Origin: Rebecca billardiae RCC1528
Taxonomy: Eukaryota > Protista > Haptophyta
DNA: 64,000 bases
Reading direction: 5' to 3'
Assembly (NCBI GenBank): GCA_965240325.2
Contig: OZ251233.1
Span: 620,001 to 684,000, forward strand
Under the pieces are notes generated by a model, which searched no databases, was not told the origin of the DNA, and was given only the letters and a program-made list of their open reading frames with translations. Of this stretch, positions 1-12,291 are shown piece after piece. Both the position numbers and the translations under genes were made by a program. Each line of letters starts with the position of its first letter. Positions within the stretch are counted from its first letter, which is position 1.

Positions 1-79
1 CCATCTTGGTGAACAGCGCGTTCACCTGCTCGAGCACCTCCGGGGGCAAATCTGTACTCTTCGCCATCTTCGTGCTCAT
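1..79 (-). CDS. 5' end of a gene running off the window; possible EF-hand/calmodulin-like protein
   Basis: The minus strand from ATG at 79 reads MSTKMAKSTDLPPEVLEQVNALFTKM with coding-like codons. The helix-F-x-x-M ending resembles the entry to an EF-hand loop, but the loop would lie outside the window. Confidence 0.4.
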   Translation of the reverse strand, partial: MSTKMAKSTDLPPEVLEQVNALFTKM

Positions 80-358
80 ACAACCCATCGACGAGCGGCG
101 AACACGGCGCGGTGGGCGAGGGGCTCACCGCTGCCCTTTCTCCGGCCCGGTAGCTCTCCAAGCAGAGCGCATTTTGCCTCTCAAGCCAGCGCGGCTGAAA
201 CAGCGGCGTTGTCCGGATGGTGCAGCCAGAAGGAACCGGACTCTGCCGCGCTGGGCGTCGGGCGCGCGAGGTGCTGTGCGTGCGGTGCGGGCGTTGGTCG
301 ACCCGCGCAACCGTCGCGCAACACCAGGCCGCGCGAGCAAACGCCTCGCGCCTCGGAG

Positions 359-2257
359 ATGGAGGAGTTCTTCGGCGACTTCTTCGAGAAGATCGGCGAG
401 AAGGACAAGAGCCTCGTCGACGCCCCGCGCGACGTCTTCCAGAAGCAGGTGCCGCCCCCGCGCAACGTGGCGGCCGGCGAGGCCGAGCGCAAGCCCAAGC
501 CCAAGGCCAAGCCCGCCGCCTCCGCGGCCAAGCCGTCGGCGCAGGGCGGTGGCGGCGAGAAGGCGCGGCAGCGGAAGCACGCGTACGAGTACTTCAACGA
601 GTGGGACAAGTTCGACGTGGACAAGGAGCTCGCCGCGCTCGACGAGAGCGCGGGCGGCGGCGACGGCTCGGCGAACGCCGACGGCAAGGGCGAGACGGTG
701 TACGGCCTCGGGCTGGGCGACCTCGACCGGCTGCCGCCGGCGCACCGCGCGCAGATCGCGGCGGACGAGAAGGCCAAGGGCAACGAGTGCTTCCAGGCCA
801 AGGAGTACGTGCAGGCCATCCGCCACTACACGACGTCGCTGCGGATCGACCAGAGCGCCGCCGCGGTGTACGCAAACCGCTCGCTGGCGTTCATCAAGCT
901 GCAGCGCTGGCGCCCGGCGGAGACGGACGCGAGCGCGGCGCTCGAGATCCAGGCGGACTACACCAAGGCCCTCCTGCGCCGCGGCATCGCGCGCCTCCGC
1001 CTCGCCAAGCACGAGGAGGCGATCTCCGACTTCCGCGCCGTGCTGAGCCAGGAGGCGGGGCACCGGGAGGCGCACGACTACCTGCGCGCGTGCACCATCG
1101 ACCTGGAGCGCGAGCAGAAGGAGCGGTCGGAGGCGAAGGAGGCCGCGGCGCGGCTCGACGCCGCGGCGAAGCCGTCCAAGCCCGCCACGCGCGGCGCCGC
1201 CGAGCGCCCGCCGCCCGGCAAGCGCGTGATCATCGAGGAGATCTCGAGCTCGGACGAGGAGGCCGAGGCAGAGCAGGCGAGCGGCGACGCGTACGACTCG
1301 GACGCCGAGCAGCCGAGGGAGGGCGCGGGCGGCGGGGCGCGCGGGGCGGCGGCGGAGGCGCTGGGCGCGGAGGCGGCGGCGGCGCGCGCGCGCGCCAAGG
1401 CGATCGCGGACGAGGCCGACGCCTCCGCCCGCGCCGAGGCGGCGCGCGCGCGCGAGAACGAGGCGGAGGGCGTGGCGGCCAACCGGCCGTCCCACGAGCG
1501 CATCCAGGCCGAGGCGGAGTCGAAGGGGTTCCTCGACGCGCTCTCGTCGCTCTCGCTCAGCTCGCTGGGGATGAGCAGCGCGAAGGCCCCCGAGCCCAAG
1601 CCCGAGCCGCCCGCGCAGCCGCCCGCGCCCAAGCCCGCCGCCGCGGCCGAGCCGGCGCGCGGCGCGCCGGGCGAGCGCAGCTTCAGCGCGGCCGGCGCGT
1701 TTGTGGGCGCGCGCGCGGGCTGCGTGTTCAAGAAGGGCGCGCACGGCCTCGGGTACTACGCGGACGAGTGGGCCGCGCGCAGGCACGCCGAGGAGGAGGC
1801 GGCGCGCGCGCGCGCGCCCATGCGCCGCGTGCTCATCGAGGAGGACGACGACGACGACGAGGAGGAGCAGGCGGCGGCAGCGGGCACGGCGCGCGCGCCC
1901 AGCGGCAAGGGCGGCAACGGCGGTGCGGACGCGAGCGCGGACGGCTTCGAGATGGTGTCCAAGCCGAGCACGCCCGACGACGAGGGCAACGTGCGCGCCG
2001 ATGCCGCACAGCCGGAGCCGCCCAAGCCGGCCGGCAGCGCCGGCGGCATGCGCAAGCTTCAGATTGAGGAGGACGAGGAGGAGGAGGAGGAGGCGGCAGC
2101 CGCGCCGTCCGGCGCGGCGGCGGCGGCCGGCGGTGCCGCGCGCGCGCACCCCGCGCCGACGGCGCAGGCGGGCGGCTCGGCGCAGGCGCAGCCGGCGGCC
2201 GCGCACGGCGCGGCGGGTACTGACGGCCGCAGCGGCATGCGCAAGCTCGTCATCGAG

Positions 2258-2288
<31 letters not shown>

Positions 2289-4747
2289 TGGAGGCGGAGG
2301 CGACGGCAAGGACCGTCGCCGCGGCGGCCGCCGCGGCGCCACCGCCCACCACCGCCGCGGCCGGCGCAGGCGGCGGCGCGGCCGCGCCCAGCCCGCCGTC
2401 TCTGAGCCCGGCCGAGGCCGCGGCCCTGGCCGAGGCGGACCGGCTGCGCCTCGACGCCAACGCGCTGTACGGGCGCGGGCAGACCGAGGCAGCGCGTGAG
2501 GCCTACTCGGCTGCCCTTGAGCAACTGGCGCGCTGCGGCGCGCTCGTCTCGAGCGAGTGCGACGGGCTCGCTGCGGGGCGCGTGAGCTGGGCGGAGCGCG
2601 GGGCGGACGGCGGCGCCACCCCGCCCGCCCTCGAGGAGTGCGCCGTCAAGTGCCTCAACAACCGCTCGCTCTGCTCCGCGCAGCTGCACGCGCACGGCGC
2701 GGTCGAGCGAGACGCGAGCGCCGTGCTGGCGCGCCGCCCTGAGAACGTCAAGGCACTCGTTCGGCGCGGGCTGGCGCTCGAGGCGCGCGAGCGGTTCGCG
2801 GACGCGCTGGCGGACATGCGCGCCGCGTTCGCGCTCGAGCCCGGCTGCGCGCCCGCCTCCGACGCGATCGGCCGGCTGCGTCGGTACGCCAGCCTCAACA
2901 GCGCGGCCTCGCCGCTCGAGCCGAGTGCGCCTCACAAGCCGAGCGCGCCGCCGGCTGGGGCGAGCGGGCAGCGGCCGCCGGCCTCGGCCTCGGCCACGCA
3001 GCAGAAGGCGGCGGCGGTCGGCTCGAAGGCGGCCGGCTCGAAGGCGGCGGCTCCGCGCGCGCCCGCGCCAACCGAGCCGCCGCCGCCGCCGCCCTCCAAG
3101 ACCGCCCCCGACTCGTCCTCGTCGGCGCGGGCGGAGGCGGAGGCGGCGCGCGCCGCGCAGCAGCCCAGTGCGGAGGCGCGCGCCGCCGCGGCCGCAGCGC
3201 TCAAGGAGGGCGGCACCGCGGCGTTCAAGCGCGGCGAGTTCGACGAGGCGGCGTCGCTGTACGCGCGCGCGGCGGAGGAGGAGCCGGAGCGCGCCGTGCA
3301 CCACGCCAACCTGTCCATCGCCTCGCTCAAGGCGGGCAAGCTGCCGGAAGCGCTAAGCGCGGCGCGGTGCGTGCGTGCGCGCCGCCCGCTCGCGCGCGCG
3401 TGCGCGCCGCGCGCGCGCGCGCGTGGGCGGCCGTGCCGTGCGCCCGCTCACGCGCCCGCGCCCCGCGCGCACACGCGCGCGCGCGCGCACGCGTGCCCCT
3501 CCGCAGCACCTGCACGCAGCTCGAGCCCGCGTTCGCCAAGGGCTGGTACCGGCTGGGGCAGGCGCACCAGGCGCTCGGCCAGCTGGGCCAGGCGGCCGCA
3601 GCGTATGAGCAAGGCCTGAGGTGCGCGCACGTGCTGCGGAGGGGCGAGGGCGGGCGGGGGCGGGGGCGTGGGGTGTGGGCTGCGCGCCCGGCCGGGCGCA
3701 GTGGCGCGCACGCCGCGCTGACACGCGCACGCGCGCGCGCGCGCACCGCCGCCTCGCAGGGTGGCGGACGCGCCCGCGATGCGCTCCGAGTTTGAGCAGG
3801 GGCTGCGCGCGCTGCAGCAGATGGGGCTGGGCAGCGCGCACGCGGACGAACGGCTGCGGCAGGCGGAGCGCCGGGCGGCCGCGGAGGAGGAGGAGCGCGC
3901 GCGCGCGTCGGCCGAGGCGGCGGCGCGCGCGCGCGCGAGGCGCGAGGCGGAGAGTCGGCGCGCGGCGAGCGCGGCGGCGGAGGAGGAGGAGGAGGTCGAG
4001 GACCTGCCGCGCGCGCCGGCGCGCGCCAGGCCGGCGGCGCCGCCCAAGCAGCCGGAGGCAGCGCCCGTCCTCGCTGCGAGCGCGCCGCCTGCGCCGACCG
4101 AGCCCGCGGCGCGCCCGCCACCGCTCAGCTCGGCCGCGGCAGCCGGCGCGCGCGCCGCCGGCGCCGCGGCCGGCTCGCCCAAGGGCTCGCCCTCGACGGC
4201 AGGCGGCGGCGCCCAGCCGGCGGCGCCGAAGCGCGCGCCGGTCTCCTACGAGGCCGCCGCGCAGATTGCTGAGCGCGTCGCTCAGTCGCACTCGGCCAGC
4301 TCGCCGACCGCGCCGATCGCGGCCGCCGCCGCTCGGCCGCCGCCCGGTGCCAGGCCCCGGACCTGCACCGAGTTTGAGCGGCAGTGGCGCGCGGCGTGGC
4401 CCGCCAAGGGGCGGACGGACGCGCACGTCGACGCGGCGGCCGCGCTGCTCGAGCTCCTGCCGCCGGCCGAGCTCGCGCCCTTCTTCGGCGCGGGCATGAG
4501 CGACGAGATCTTCGAGGGCCTCCTCGGGCACGCGGCCGCGCGGCACGCGCGCGCGCGCGCCGACGACAGCGCGAGCGCGCTCGCGCTGCTGTGCGGCCTG
4601 GCGCGCGTGCGCCGGCACGACGTGCTGTGGATGTTTGCGGGGGATGCGGCCAAGGCGGCCGCGCGCGCGCTGATCTCCGCCGGAGGCCAGCCCGCGGCGC
4701 CGTTCACCGACGCTGACGTGCAGCGCGCGCGCAGCGTCTTCACCTGA
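359..4747 (+). CDS. Multi-TPR co-chaperone, RPAP3/SPAG1-like (exons 359-3366, 3507-3620, 3760-4747)
   Basis: Three TPR clusters (EKAKGNECFQAKEYVQAIRHYT..VYANRSLA; CLNNRSLC..NVKALVRRGLA; KEGGTAAFKRGEF..AKGWYRLGQA), an N-terminal YEYFNEWDKFDVD motif and an RPAP3_C-like segment (PRTCTEFERQWR..LARVRRHDVLWMF). GT-AG introns 3367-3506 and 3621-3759 join the frames cleanly. Confidence 0.85.
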
Positions 4748-6224
4748 GCAGCCGCCCGCGCCCTCTCAGTCTCACCGGTCTGCTGATGGCTGTGTGGAGT
4801 GCCGGGAGTCGTGGTGCAGCCGCAGTCGATCGGACTCTCACTCTGACTCTCGGATGCCGCGTTGCCATTAATCAATCTTGATTACTCCGAATAACCGCTG
4901 CCGTGCTGGCGCGAGAAATCGGACTGATCCCGCAGGCTCTCGGTGCGCGTGCGCGCGACCACGAGCGCAACGGCGGCCTGAGTCGGAGCGCGCGCCGCGT
5001 GCGCCGCCACGCGCCGCCGCCACGCGCCGCCGCCGCGCCGCCGCCGCCCGGCGCCGCGCGCGCGCCGCCGCCGCACCCGCCCCGCCGCCCGCGCGCGCGC
5101 ACGCGCGGCGCGGCTGCGCGCGCGGGCGCTAGGCGGTGGCGTGCGCCGGCGGCGGGGCGGCGACGGGCGGCGCTCGCGCCCTGCGATGCACCCACGCCGC
5201 CGCCCGAGGCGGTCCGGCCGCCGCGTGCGCTCGCGCGCGCGCTACGCCCACCACTCGCGTGGGTGTCGCCGCCCGCTCGGTTCCGAAAGTCCGGGAGGTC
5301 GACGACGAGTCGACGACGGACGTTCTAAGAACTTGTAAGAACTGTTCTCGGTCGCCTGGAAGGTTCCCCGATAAGTGAGCCGTGGCTGGCGTTAGCCAGA
5401 TCATACGGGCCTCGTCCGACATGCTCATATGGAATTCAGGCTTTTCCCTCTGAATCCCAGCCCTACAGAAAGGTGGCTGTCAGTACTACTGTCAACTTCT
5501 TCTGACCGCCTATGAAATCAGTGGCGAACAGCCTGAATCAGTGGGCACTTTGGGCAGCGATGCCTGTTCAGTTTGTTCTCATGGCGTATCAGACGAATGT
5601 TCTGCGAGCTGGGAATACTGCGTTCATAGTGTGATAGTGACGAGACCTGCGCCGCTGCGCGGCGCGCGCCACCGCACGATGGCCGCTGCTGAACCGGATA
5701 GAACGAAGTCCGGACGATTGCTCGTCGGGCGGCGTGCGCGCGGGCACCGTGCACATGGCGCACGCGCGCGCGAGAGGTGATGGGGCGGGCGGCGGCGCGG
5801 CGCGGGGGGGGTGAGCCGCCACCGAGCGCGGCGCGCCGCCGCCACGCCCGCCGCCGTCCTGACGCCGCCGGCGCGCGCCGCGCTCTGGCGCGTGCGCGCG
5901 CCGGCGCCGGCGCCGATGCTGACGGTCGCGCGGCGCGCGCGGCGAGGACGGCAGCGCGCTCGGCGCCGCGAACCGCTCGTCGGACGCGCCACCGCCGTCG
6001 TCGCCGCCACCGCTCGAGCTTCACGGGCCGCCCCGCCGCCGGCGCGCGCCGCCCGCCGCCGGGCGCCGCGCGCGCGCAGCCGCGCCGCGCGTGCGCGCGC
6101 GCGCGCCGCCGCGCGGCGCCGAGACGCGCGCGCGTGCGCGTTCGTGGTGCAGGTGTGCTCCCAAGGCGCGCGCCGGCTCGCCGCCTTTGATCAGCGCCGA
6201 GTACGGCACCGCGCGGCGAGCGCG

Positions 6225-7510
6225 GCGCACCAGGCGCTCGGCCAGCTGGGCCAGGCGGCCGCAGCGTATGAGCAAGGCCTGAGGTGCGCGCACGTGCTGC
6301 GGAGGGGCGAGGGCGGGCGGGGGCGGGGGCGTGGGGTGTGGGCTGCGCGCCCGGCCGGGCGCAGTGGCGCGCACGCCGCGCTGACACGCGCACGCGCGCG
6401 CGCGCGCACCGCCGCCTCGCAGGGTGGCGGACGCGCCCGCGATGCGCTCCGAGTTTGAGCAGGGGCTGCGCGCGCTGCAGCAGATGGGGCTGGGCGGCGC
6501 GCACGCGGACGAGCGGCTGCGGCAGGCGGAGCGCCGGGCGGCCGCGGAGGAGGAGGAGCGCGCGCGCGCGTCGGCCGAGGCGGCGGCGCGCGCGCGCGCG
6601 AGGCGCGAGGCGGAGAGTCGGCGCGCGGCGAGCGCGGCGGCGGAGGAGGAGGAGGAGGTCGAGGACCTGCCGCGCGCGCCGGCGCGCGCCAGGCCGGCGG
6701 CGCCGCCCAAGCAGCCGGAGGCAGCGCCCGTCCTCGCTGCGAGCGCGCCGCCTGCGCCGACCGAGCCCGCGGCGCGCCCGCCACCGCTCAGCTCGGCCGC
6801 GGCAGCCGGCGCGCGCGCCGCCGGCGCCGCGGCCGGCTCGCCCAAGGGCTCGCCCTCGACGGCAGGCGGCGGCGCCCAGCCGGCGGCGCCGAAGCGCGCG
6901 CCGGTCTCCTACGAGGCCGCCGCGCAGATTGCTGAGCGCGTCGCTCAGTCGCACTCGGCCAGCTCGCCGACCGCGCCGATCGCGGCCGCCGCCGCTCGGC
7001 CGCCGCCCGGTGCCAGGCCCCGGACCTGCACCGAGTTTGAGCGGCAGTGGCGCGCGGCGTGGCCCGCCAAGGGGCGGACGGACGCGCACGTCGACGCGGC
7101 GGCCGCGCTGCTCGAGCTCCTGCCGCCGGCCGAGCTCGCGCCCTTCTTCGGCGCGGGCATGAGCGACGAGATCTTCGAGGGCCTCCTCGGGCACGCGGCC
7201 GCGCGGCACGCGCGCGCGCGCGCCGACGACAGCGCGAGCGCGCTCGCGCTGCTGTGCGGCCTGGCGCGCGTGCGCCGGCACGACGTGCTGTGGATGTTTG
7301 CGGGGGATGCGGCCAAGGCGGCCGCGCGCGCGCTGATCTCCGCCGGAGGCCAGCCCGCGGCGCCGTTCACCGACGCTGACGTGCAGCGCGCGCGCAGCGT
7401 CTTCACCTGAGCAGCCGCCCGCGCCCTCTCAGTCTCACCGGTCTGCTGATGGCTGTGTGGAGTGCCGGGAGTCGTGGTGCAGCCGCAGTCGATCGGACTC
7501 TCACTCTGAC
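6225..7510 (+). repeat. Near-identical duplicate of the 3' part of the TPR gene (~3562-4850), including intron 2, the last exon and the 3' flank; partial copy or assembly artefact
   Basis: ORF 6424-7410 equals ORF 3761-4747 except for one residue (GS to GG). No 5' exons are present and the flanks look noisy. Confidence 0.85.
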
Positions 7511-7821
7511 TACTCTCTGTCTCTCGGATGCCTGGTTCACTCGACTCGGGGTTGCCATTAATATAATTATATTTAATATTTAATCAATCTATTATTATGT
7601 ATAAATAATAATAAATGAGGCCAGCATGGCCGGCACGACTACAGCTAGCTAGCCACAATCCATCCGGCCCACATGCCGCCACGTCGTCATGTGGGATTGT
7701 GGCTGCTGATGATGACTAGTCATCAGCAGCACCGCACCGATCGAGTGCGACGCTGTCTCGAGGATGGCCCGCCAGCGCTGCAAAGCCAAACTAGCCAAAG
7801 GGCGGCTCGCGAGAGGCGAGC

Positions 7822-8742
7822 TCACGGGGTCGCGGAGCAGAGGATCGGCCCCGCACGTGGCTCAAACAGTAGTCTGCGCCACCGGCCGAGCATGCTGCGC
7901 GCAACCCACGGGATGCGCTCGCGGAAGCACGCCCGCTGGTCGCCATCGAGCCCCCACCCGAGGCGCGCGCCGCCCGTGCTGTCCCCGCCCGCCCCGCCGC
8001 CACCGGCACCAAGGCGCCAGCGCAAGAACGGCGGGCCCCGCGCCGCCGTGCTCGCCACGACGTCCGCCATCTCGACGAGGTGCAGCCGCGACGAGCCGAT
8101 CCCGATCGTGCGCAGCACCGCGTGGTTGAACGCCTCCTGCTCCTCGCGCGGCACGTTGGCGGCCACGAGCGGCACGGCGAGCGAGAGCGCGTGCTGGTGC
8201 TGCTGCCGCAGCTCCTGGCGGAGCGCGAGGCACTCGGTGCGCAGGCGCGCGGCGGTGGCGCGCGAGAGCGGCTCGGTACTCGACGACAGAGCCCGCACGT
8301 CGGCCGCGACCTTCGAACCGCTGGCGAACGCGCTCGCGGAGAGCTCGGACAGTCGCGAGATCGCTCCGGTGTGCTCCGCCGGCAGCACTCGGGACAGCCA
8401 GGGCAGGAGCACCCGCTCCTCGATCCGGCGGAGAGACGACGCGGAGAAGTCCCAAAGGTAGCCCCACGCGACGCGCACGTCGGCCGAAGAGGGCAGCGGC
8501 TCGGTGCCGAGCGCGTGCGCCAGCCTGCCCAGGTGCGACTGGACGGCGAGCGCGTGCCAGTGCCAGCCGTGGATGACAAACGTTCGGTCCTCCGGGGGCA
8601 CCGAGCCGTGGGCGTGCGCGTCTCGACTCGCGTGGGCGATGTCGATGCGACGAGCCAGTGCCGACCACGGGGAACTGCTCGCCGTCGCCGCGGGCCACGC
8701 AGCGCACACGAAAATGACGACGGCAGTGACGCGAATCGTCAT
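7822..8742 (-). CDS. Hypothetical protein with signal peptide and hemerythrin-like helical region (306 aa)
   Basis: ATG at 8742 gives a hydrophobic leader (MTIRVTAVVIFVCAAWPATASS). HGWHWH and RRIEERVLLPWL resemble the hemerythrin HxxxEE..P pattern. Composition is coding-like. Confidence 0.6.
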   Translation of the reverse strand: MTIRVTAVVIFVCAAWPAATASSSPWSALARRIDIAHASRDAHAHGSVPPEDRTFVIHGWHWHALAVQSHLGRLAHALGTEPLPSSADVRVAWGYLWDFSASSLRRIEERVLLPWLSRVLPAEHTGAISRLSELSASAFASGSKVAADVRALSSSTEPLSRATAARLRTECLALRQELRQQHQHALSLAVPLVAANVPREEQEAFNHAVLRTIGIGSSRLHLVEMADVVASTAARGPPFLRWRLGAGGGGAGGDSTGGARLGWGLDGDQRACFRERIPWVARSMLGRWRRLLFEPRAGPILCSATP

Positions 8743-10365
8743 CGTGCAGCAAGCGCGATACGGTCGCTCTCTGGCTCGTCCTCCAATCATCACAGCCTTT
8801 TTAAATAAACTGTGCCCTGGCGGGCGGGGGTGTCGGCGGGCCGTGCCAGTGCTGTCGCAATGTTTCCTCTGCGGGTTCGCGTGTTCACATTCGCTCGTGG
8901 CCGTGGGTGACGGACAGTCCGAGGGCGAGGACCACGCATCAGAGAGGCCCACAGCACCCACGAGGGATTTGCAGCACGCGGGGCGGGGCGGGTAGCCCGT
9001 TGCTCCGCGCGAGCGCGTGTACGCGCTGTATGTGCCGCATCTCAACCGCGATGGCGTAATCGAGCGCCTCGCCGCCGACGAAACCGCCAGAGTAGATCAT
9101 GTGCATGTCCTCCTGGCACCGCCAGCCGAGAGCAGTCGTCGCGAGGACGCTTGCCGATGTCCGCTCCGGGCATGATGGACTCGGCGCAGGTCGCGTTGAC
9201 ATCGTACACTGCCGCCACGCTGAGCACTAGCGCGTTGACGTTCACGCGGTCGTCGCTCTTCGCCTCTTCGACAGGTCTGGCGCCCGCGTGTTCGGGCGGC
9301 ACGAGGAGCTGTTGGTTGTGCGCGCGCGCGCGCACAGCGACAGCGTGTGCCACTCGCGATCGAGAGTGGGCACGAGCTGCTCACGCAAGCACACGAATCG
9401 CAGCGCATCCGTCACTGGCGTGACGACTTCCGCCTCGTCCCGCAGCGCCTGCACCATGGGCGAGGATGGCGCGGCGATGTTGCATGCTCGACGTTTCATC
9501 TCTCTGCGGATGGCATCACGGGCTTGTCTGTGTCGCGCTGCGGCGAGGGTCGCCAACTCGCGAAGACACGGTTGCTGCCACGGCGACAGACCCGGGAGGT
9601 GCGTCCGCTGCGCGTCGTACGCCGTTGGCGCTGCGATTACGTCGCATTGGTCACCGTCGACGCCATGCAGGTCGGACGTGGGCTTCGGCTGACGGGCTGA
9701 GGGACCGCGAGCGAAAGTCCGGTGCGCGGATTCGGGACTCCGGCGATCGAGTTCAGTCGTTCAGAAGGCCGCGCCAAATCTTGCGTCGCGTGCGATGGCG
9801 CTTCCCGCCCGCGACACACCTCGTGATGAGGGCCTTTCCGCACCGAGCCCGACGCGCGGCGGTGGATCGCGCGAGGTGGTTGTCGTGCGCAGCGCTTGCT
9901 TCTATGGCCCGTGCGAGCGCTCGACGTGCAAGTCGGGCGAGGACCGCCCCAGGTCGCACGATCTTGTCGATGCGCCGAGCGTACCTCCAAACGCGTCGAC
10001 TTTGGCCCCCGTTCGACCTGCACGCGAGACGACGAGGGCAGCAATCGCGAATCGGGCGAAAACCCGTCTAGGGAATCCTCGCGCGATGTCCGCGCCGGCG
10101 TTGGATCTGGCGCGCGCCGCCCACGCGCTCCGCGCCATCGGGCACTTGTTTTCGGCCGAGCGTCCCCAGTGGGAGCTGCGAGGGCGCCCGGTGGTGAGCG
10201 AGGCGATTTTCTTTTATTGGCGAGGCGAGTTTCTTTTTCCTTTTCCTTTTCTTATCTTTTCCCCGGGCACTACAAGGGGCGGACCTACCGGTACGGCCCG
10301 CCATTCAGCAGCTCTTTTGAGTTTTGACCATCGCTTGGCGGCGGCCAACCGTCGCGTCGTTCAGC

Positions 10366-11787
10366 ATGGCGCCGACGACGCGTACCAAGGCGCGCTCGGC
10401 AACGGCGGCGGGGCGGCTGACCGCCCTGCCGCCCGAGCTGATCGCGCGCATCCTCGTCCACCTCGATGACGTGCGCGACCTCGCCGCTGCCAACGCCGCC
10501 GCTCGCCTCTTCCGCGCCGCGCCGCTCGAGCACGCGCTGCGCGAGCGCGCGCGTGCGCGCGGGCACGAGGCCGCGCTGCCGGCGGCCCTGCCCGCGGGCG
10601 TGCCCACGTGGGCGGAGGAGCTGTTCGCGCGCGAGCGCATCTCTGATCTCGCGCACGCGCATGCGCACGTCGCGTCTGCCAGCCCAACCATAGGCATAGC
10701 CTTCTCCGCCTTTGTTGACGGTGCCGGCGGCGTGCACACATGCGGCACACAGCTGGGCCATCCCGAGCTCAGCATGGAGACGCGCGTGCTCGTGCCGACG
10801 CGCGTGGGCTCGCTGGCGGCGGCGCGCATGCGGGCAGTGGCTGCCGGCCATTCCCACCTGCTCGCGCTGAGCGAGGTGGGCGCCGTGTGCGCGTGCGGCA
10901 GCAATGCCTACGGCCAGTTGGGCGTGTGCGACACCGCTGTGCGACGGGCGTTCGTGCAGGTGGCGGCGCTGGGCGCGGAGCTCGTCGTCGGCATAAGCGC
11001 TAGCGGTGACCACAGCCACGCGCTCACTGCTGCGGGCGTAGCGTACAGCTGGGGCCGCAATGTGTTCGGCCAGCTCGGCCACGGCGACACGAAGGACCGG
11101 CTGCAGCCGACGCGCATCGAGGCGCTGGACGGCGTGCGCGTGGGCGGCGTGGCCGCGGGCGGCTGGCACACGCTGCTGCTCTCGGCGTGCGGCGCCGTGT
11201 ACTCGTGCGGGTATGGCTATGCTGGTTGCCTTGGCCACGGTGACGAGCAGGATCAGTTCACAGCGCGGCGCATCGAGGCGCTCGCGGGCGTGCGCGCCGT
11301 GCACGTGAGCGCGGGCAGTGGGCACAGCCTGGTGGTGGACACAGCGGGCGGCGTGCACTCGTTCGGAGACGGCTCTCGTGGCGCGCTCGGCCATGGTGAC
11401 GAGGCGCGTCGATCGGTGCCCACGCGCATCGAGGCACTGGGCGGCATGCGTGCCGTGCGCGCCAGCGCGGGCTGTCACACGAGCGCGGTGGTGTGCGCGG
11501 ACGGCAGCGTGCACACGTTTGGGCACAACTACTACGGCCAGCTGGGGCTGGGGGACTCCACATTGGATCGCACGCTGCCCGAGCGGGTGGCGAGCCTCGC
11601 GCATGCGCCCGTGCTCGACTGCTCACTGGGTCAAGCGCACGCCCTCTACGTCACCGTGGACGGCAGCGTGCACGCATCCGGCGTACATTCGGGCGCGCTC
11701 GGCCTGGGCGTGGGCTGCGATGGCGGAGAGCAGCCAACACCGCAGCGCGTGGCCCAGCTGCCGCCCCTGCGCTGTGGGCTGAGCTGA
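10366..11787 (+). CDS. F-box + RCC1-repeat (beta-propeller) protein, intronless
   Basis: F-box-like LTALPPELIARILVHLDDVRDL followed by repeated RCC1 motifs (VAAGHSHLLAL..G.V.ACGSNAYGQLG; YSWGRNVFGQLGHGD; HTFGHNYYGQLGLGD). Confidence 0.9.
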   Translation: MAPTTRTKARSATAAGRLTALPPELIARILVHLDDVRDLAAANAAARLFRAAPLEHALRERARARGHEAALPAALPAGVPTWAEELFARERISDLAHAHAHVASASPTIGIAFSAFVDGAGGVHTCGTQLGHPELSMETRVLVPTRVGSLAAARMRAVAAGHSHLLALSEVGAVCACGSNAYGQLGVCDTAVRRAFVQVAALGAELVVGISASGDHSHALTAAGVAYSWGRNVFGQLGHGDTKDRLQPTRIEALDGVRVGGVAAGGWHTLLLSACGAVYSCGYGYAGCLGHGDEQDQFTARRIEALAGVRAVHVSAGSGHSLVVDTAGGVHSFGDGSRGALGHGDEARRSVPTRIEALGGMRAVRASAGCHTSAVVCADGSVHTFGHNYYGQLGLGDSTLDRTLPERVASLAHAPVLDCSLGQAHALYVTVDGSVHASGVHSGALGLGVGCDGGEQPTPQRVAQLPPLRCGLS

Positions 11788-12291
11788 GCGACCGGCCCGT
11801 GGCGGGTGCGGTGCTCACGCGCAGTGTTGCCAGTGCGGCGTGTGCGAGTGCTCGCCGCTGCTCTCTTCGGACATGGTCAGTGAGGCGTCGCAGCCATGCG
11901 CCAGCCACTGAGGCCAGCTGCCATCAGCCAGTGCCACACAGCTGGGCACGCATGCAGCCTCGTGTGGCCGCACGGCAGGGCTGGAGCAGCCGCTCGAGCT
12001 CGCGCTGCGAGTGGCGTGGTAGGCGGGCACTCATCATCGAGATGAGTGAGATGGTGATGACGCGCGCATTGCCATTGAGCATCAGCTGCGCGCGTGGGTT
12101 CCGCGCGCACACCGCCGTCGTGCTGTCGCACCTGCGATGCACTGTACAACAAGTAGCAGTAAGATACGGCTTCTATACCTTTGGCTGTACACGTTCAACA
12201 GAGTCGTACTGTATGACTGTACTGTCGTCCTGCCTGCGTCGGGCAGCCGGCAGCGTCGTCGTCGAGCGACTCGGCCGGCGTGGGCAACACC

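Noticed and set aside
125-3304. 1059-aa minus-strand ORF and similar antisense ORFs (40101-41594, 59919-61697, 10285-11604)
   Set aside because: These are shadow frames of real genes caused by GC3-rich codon usage. They are Arg/Ala-rich with no domain motifs.
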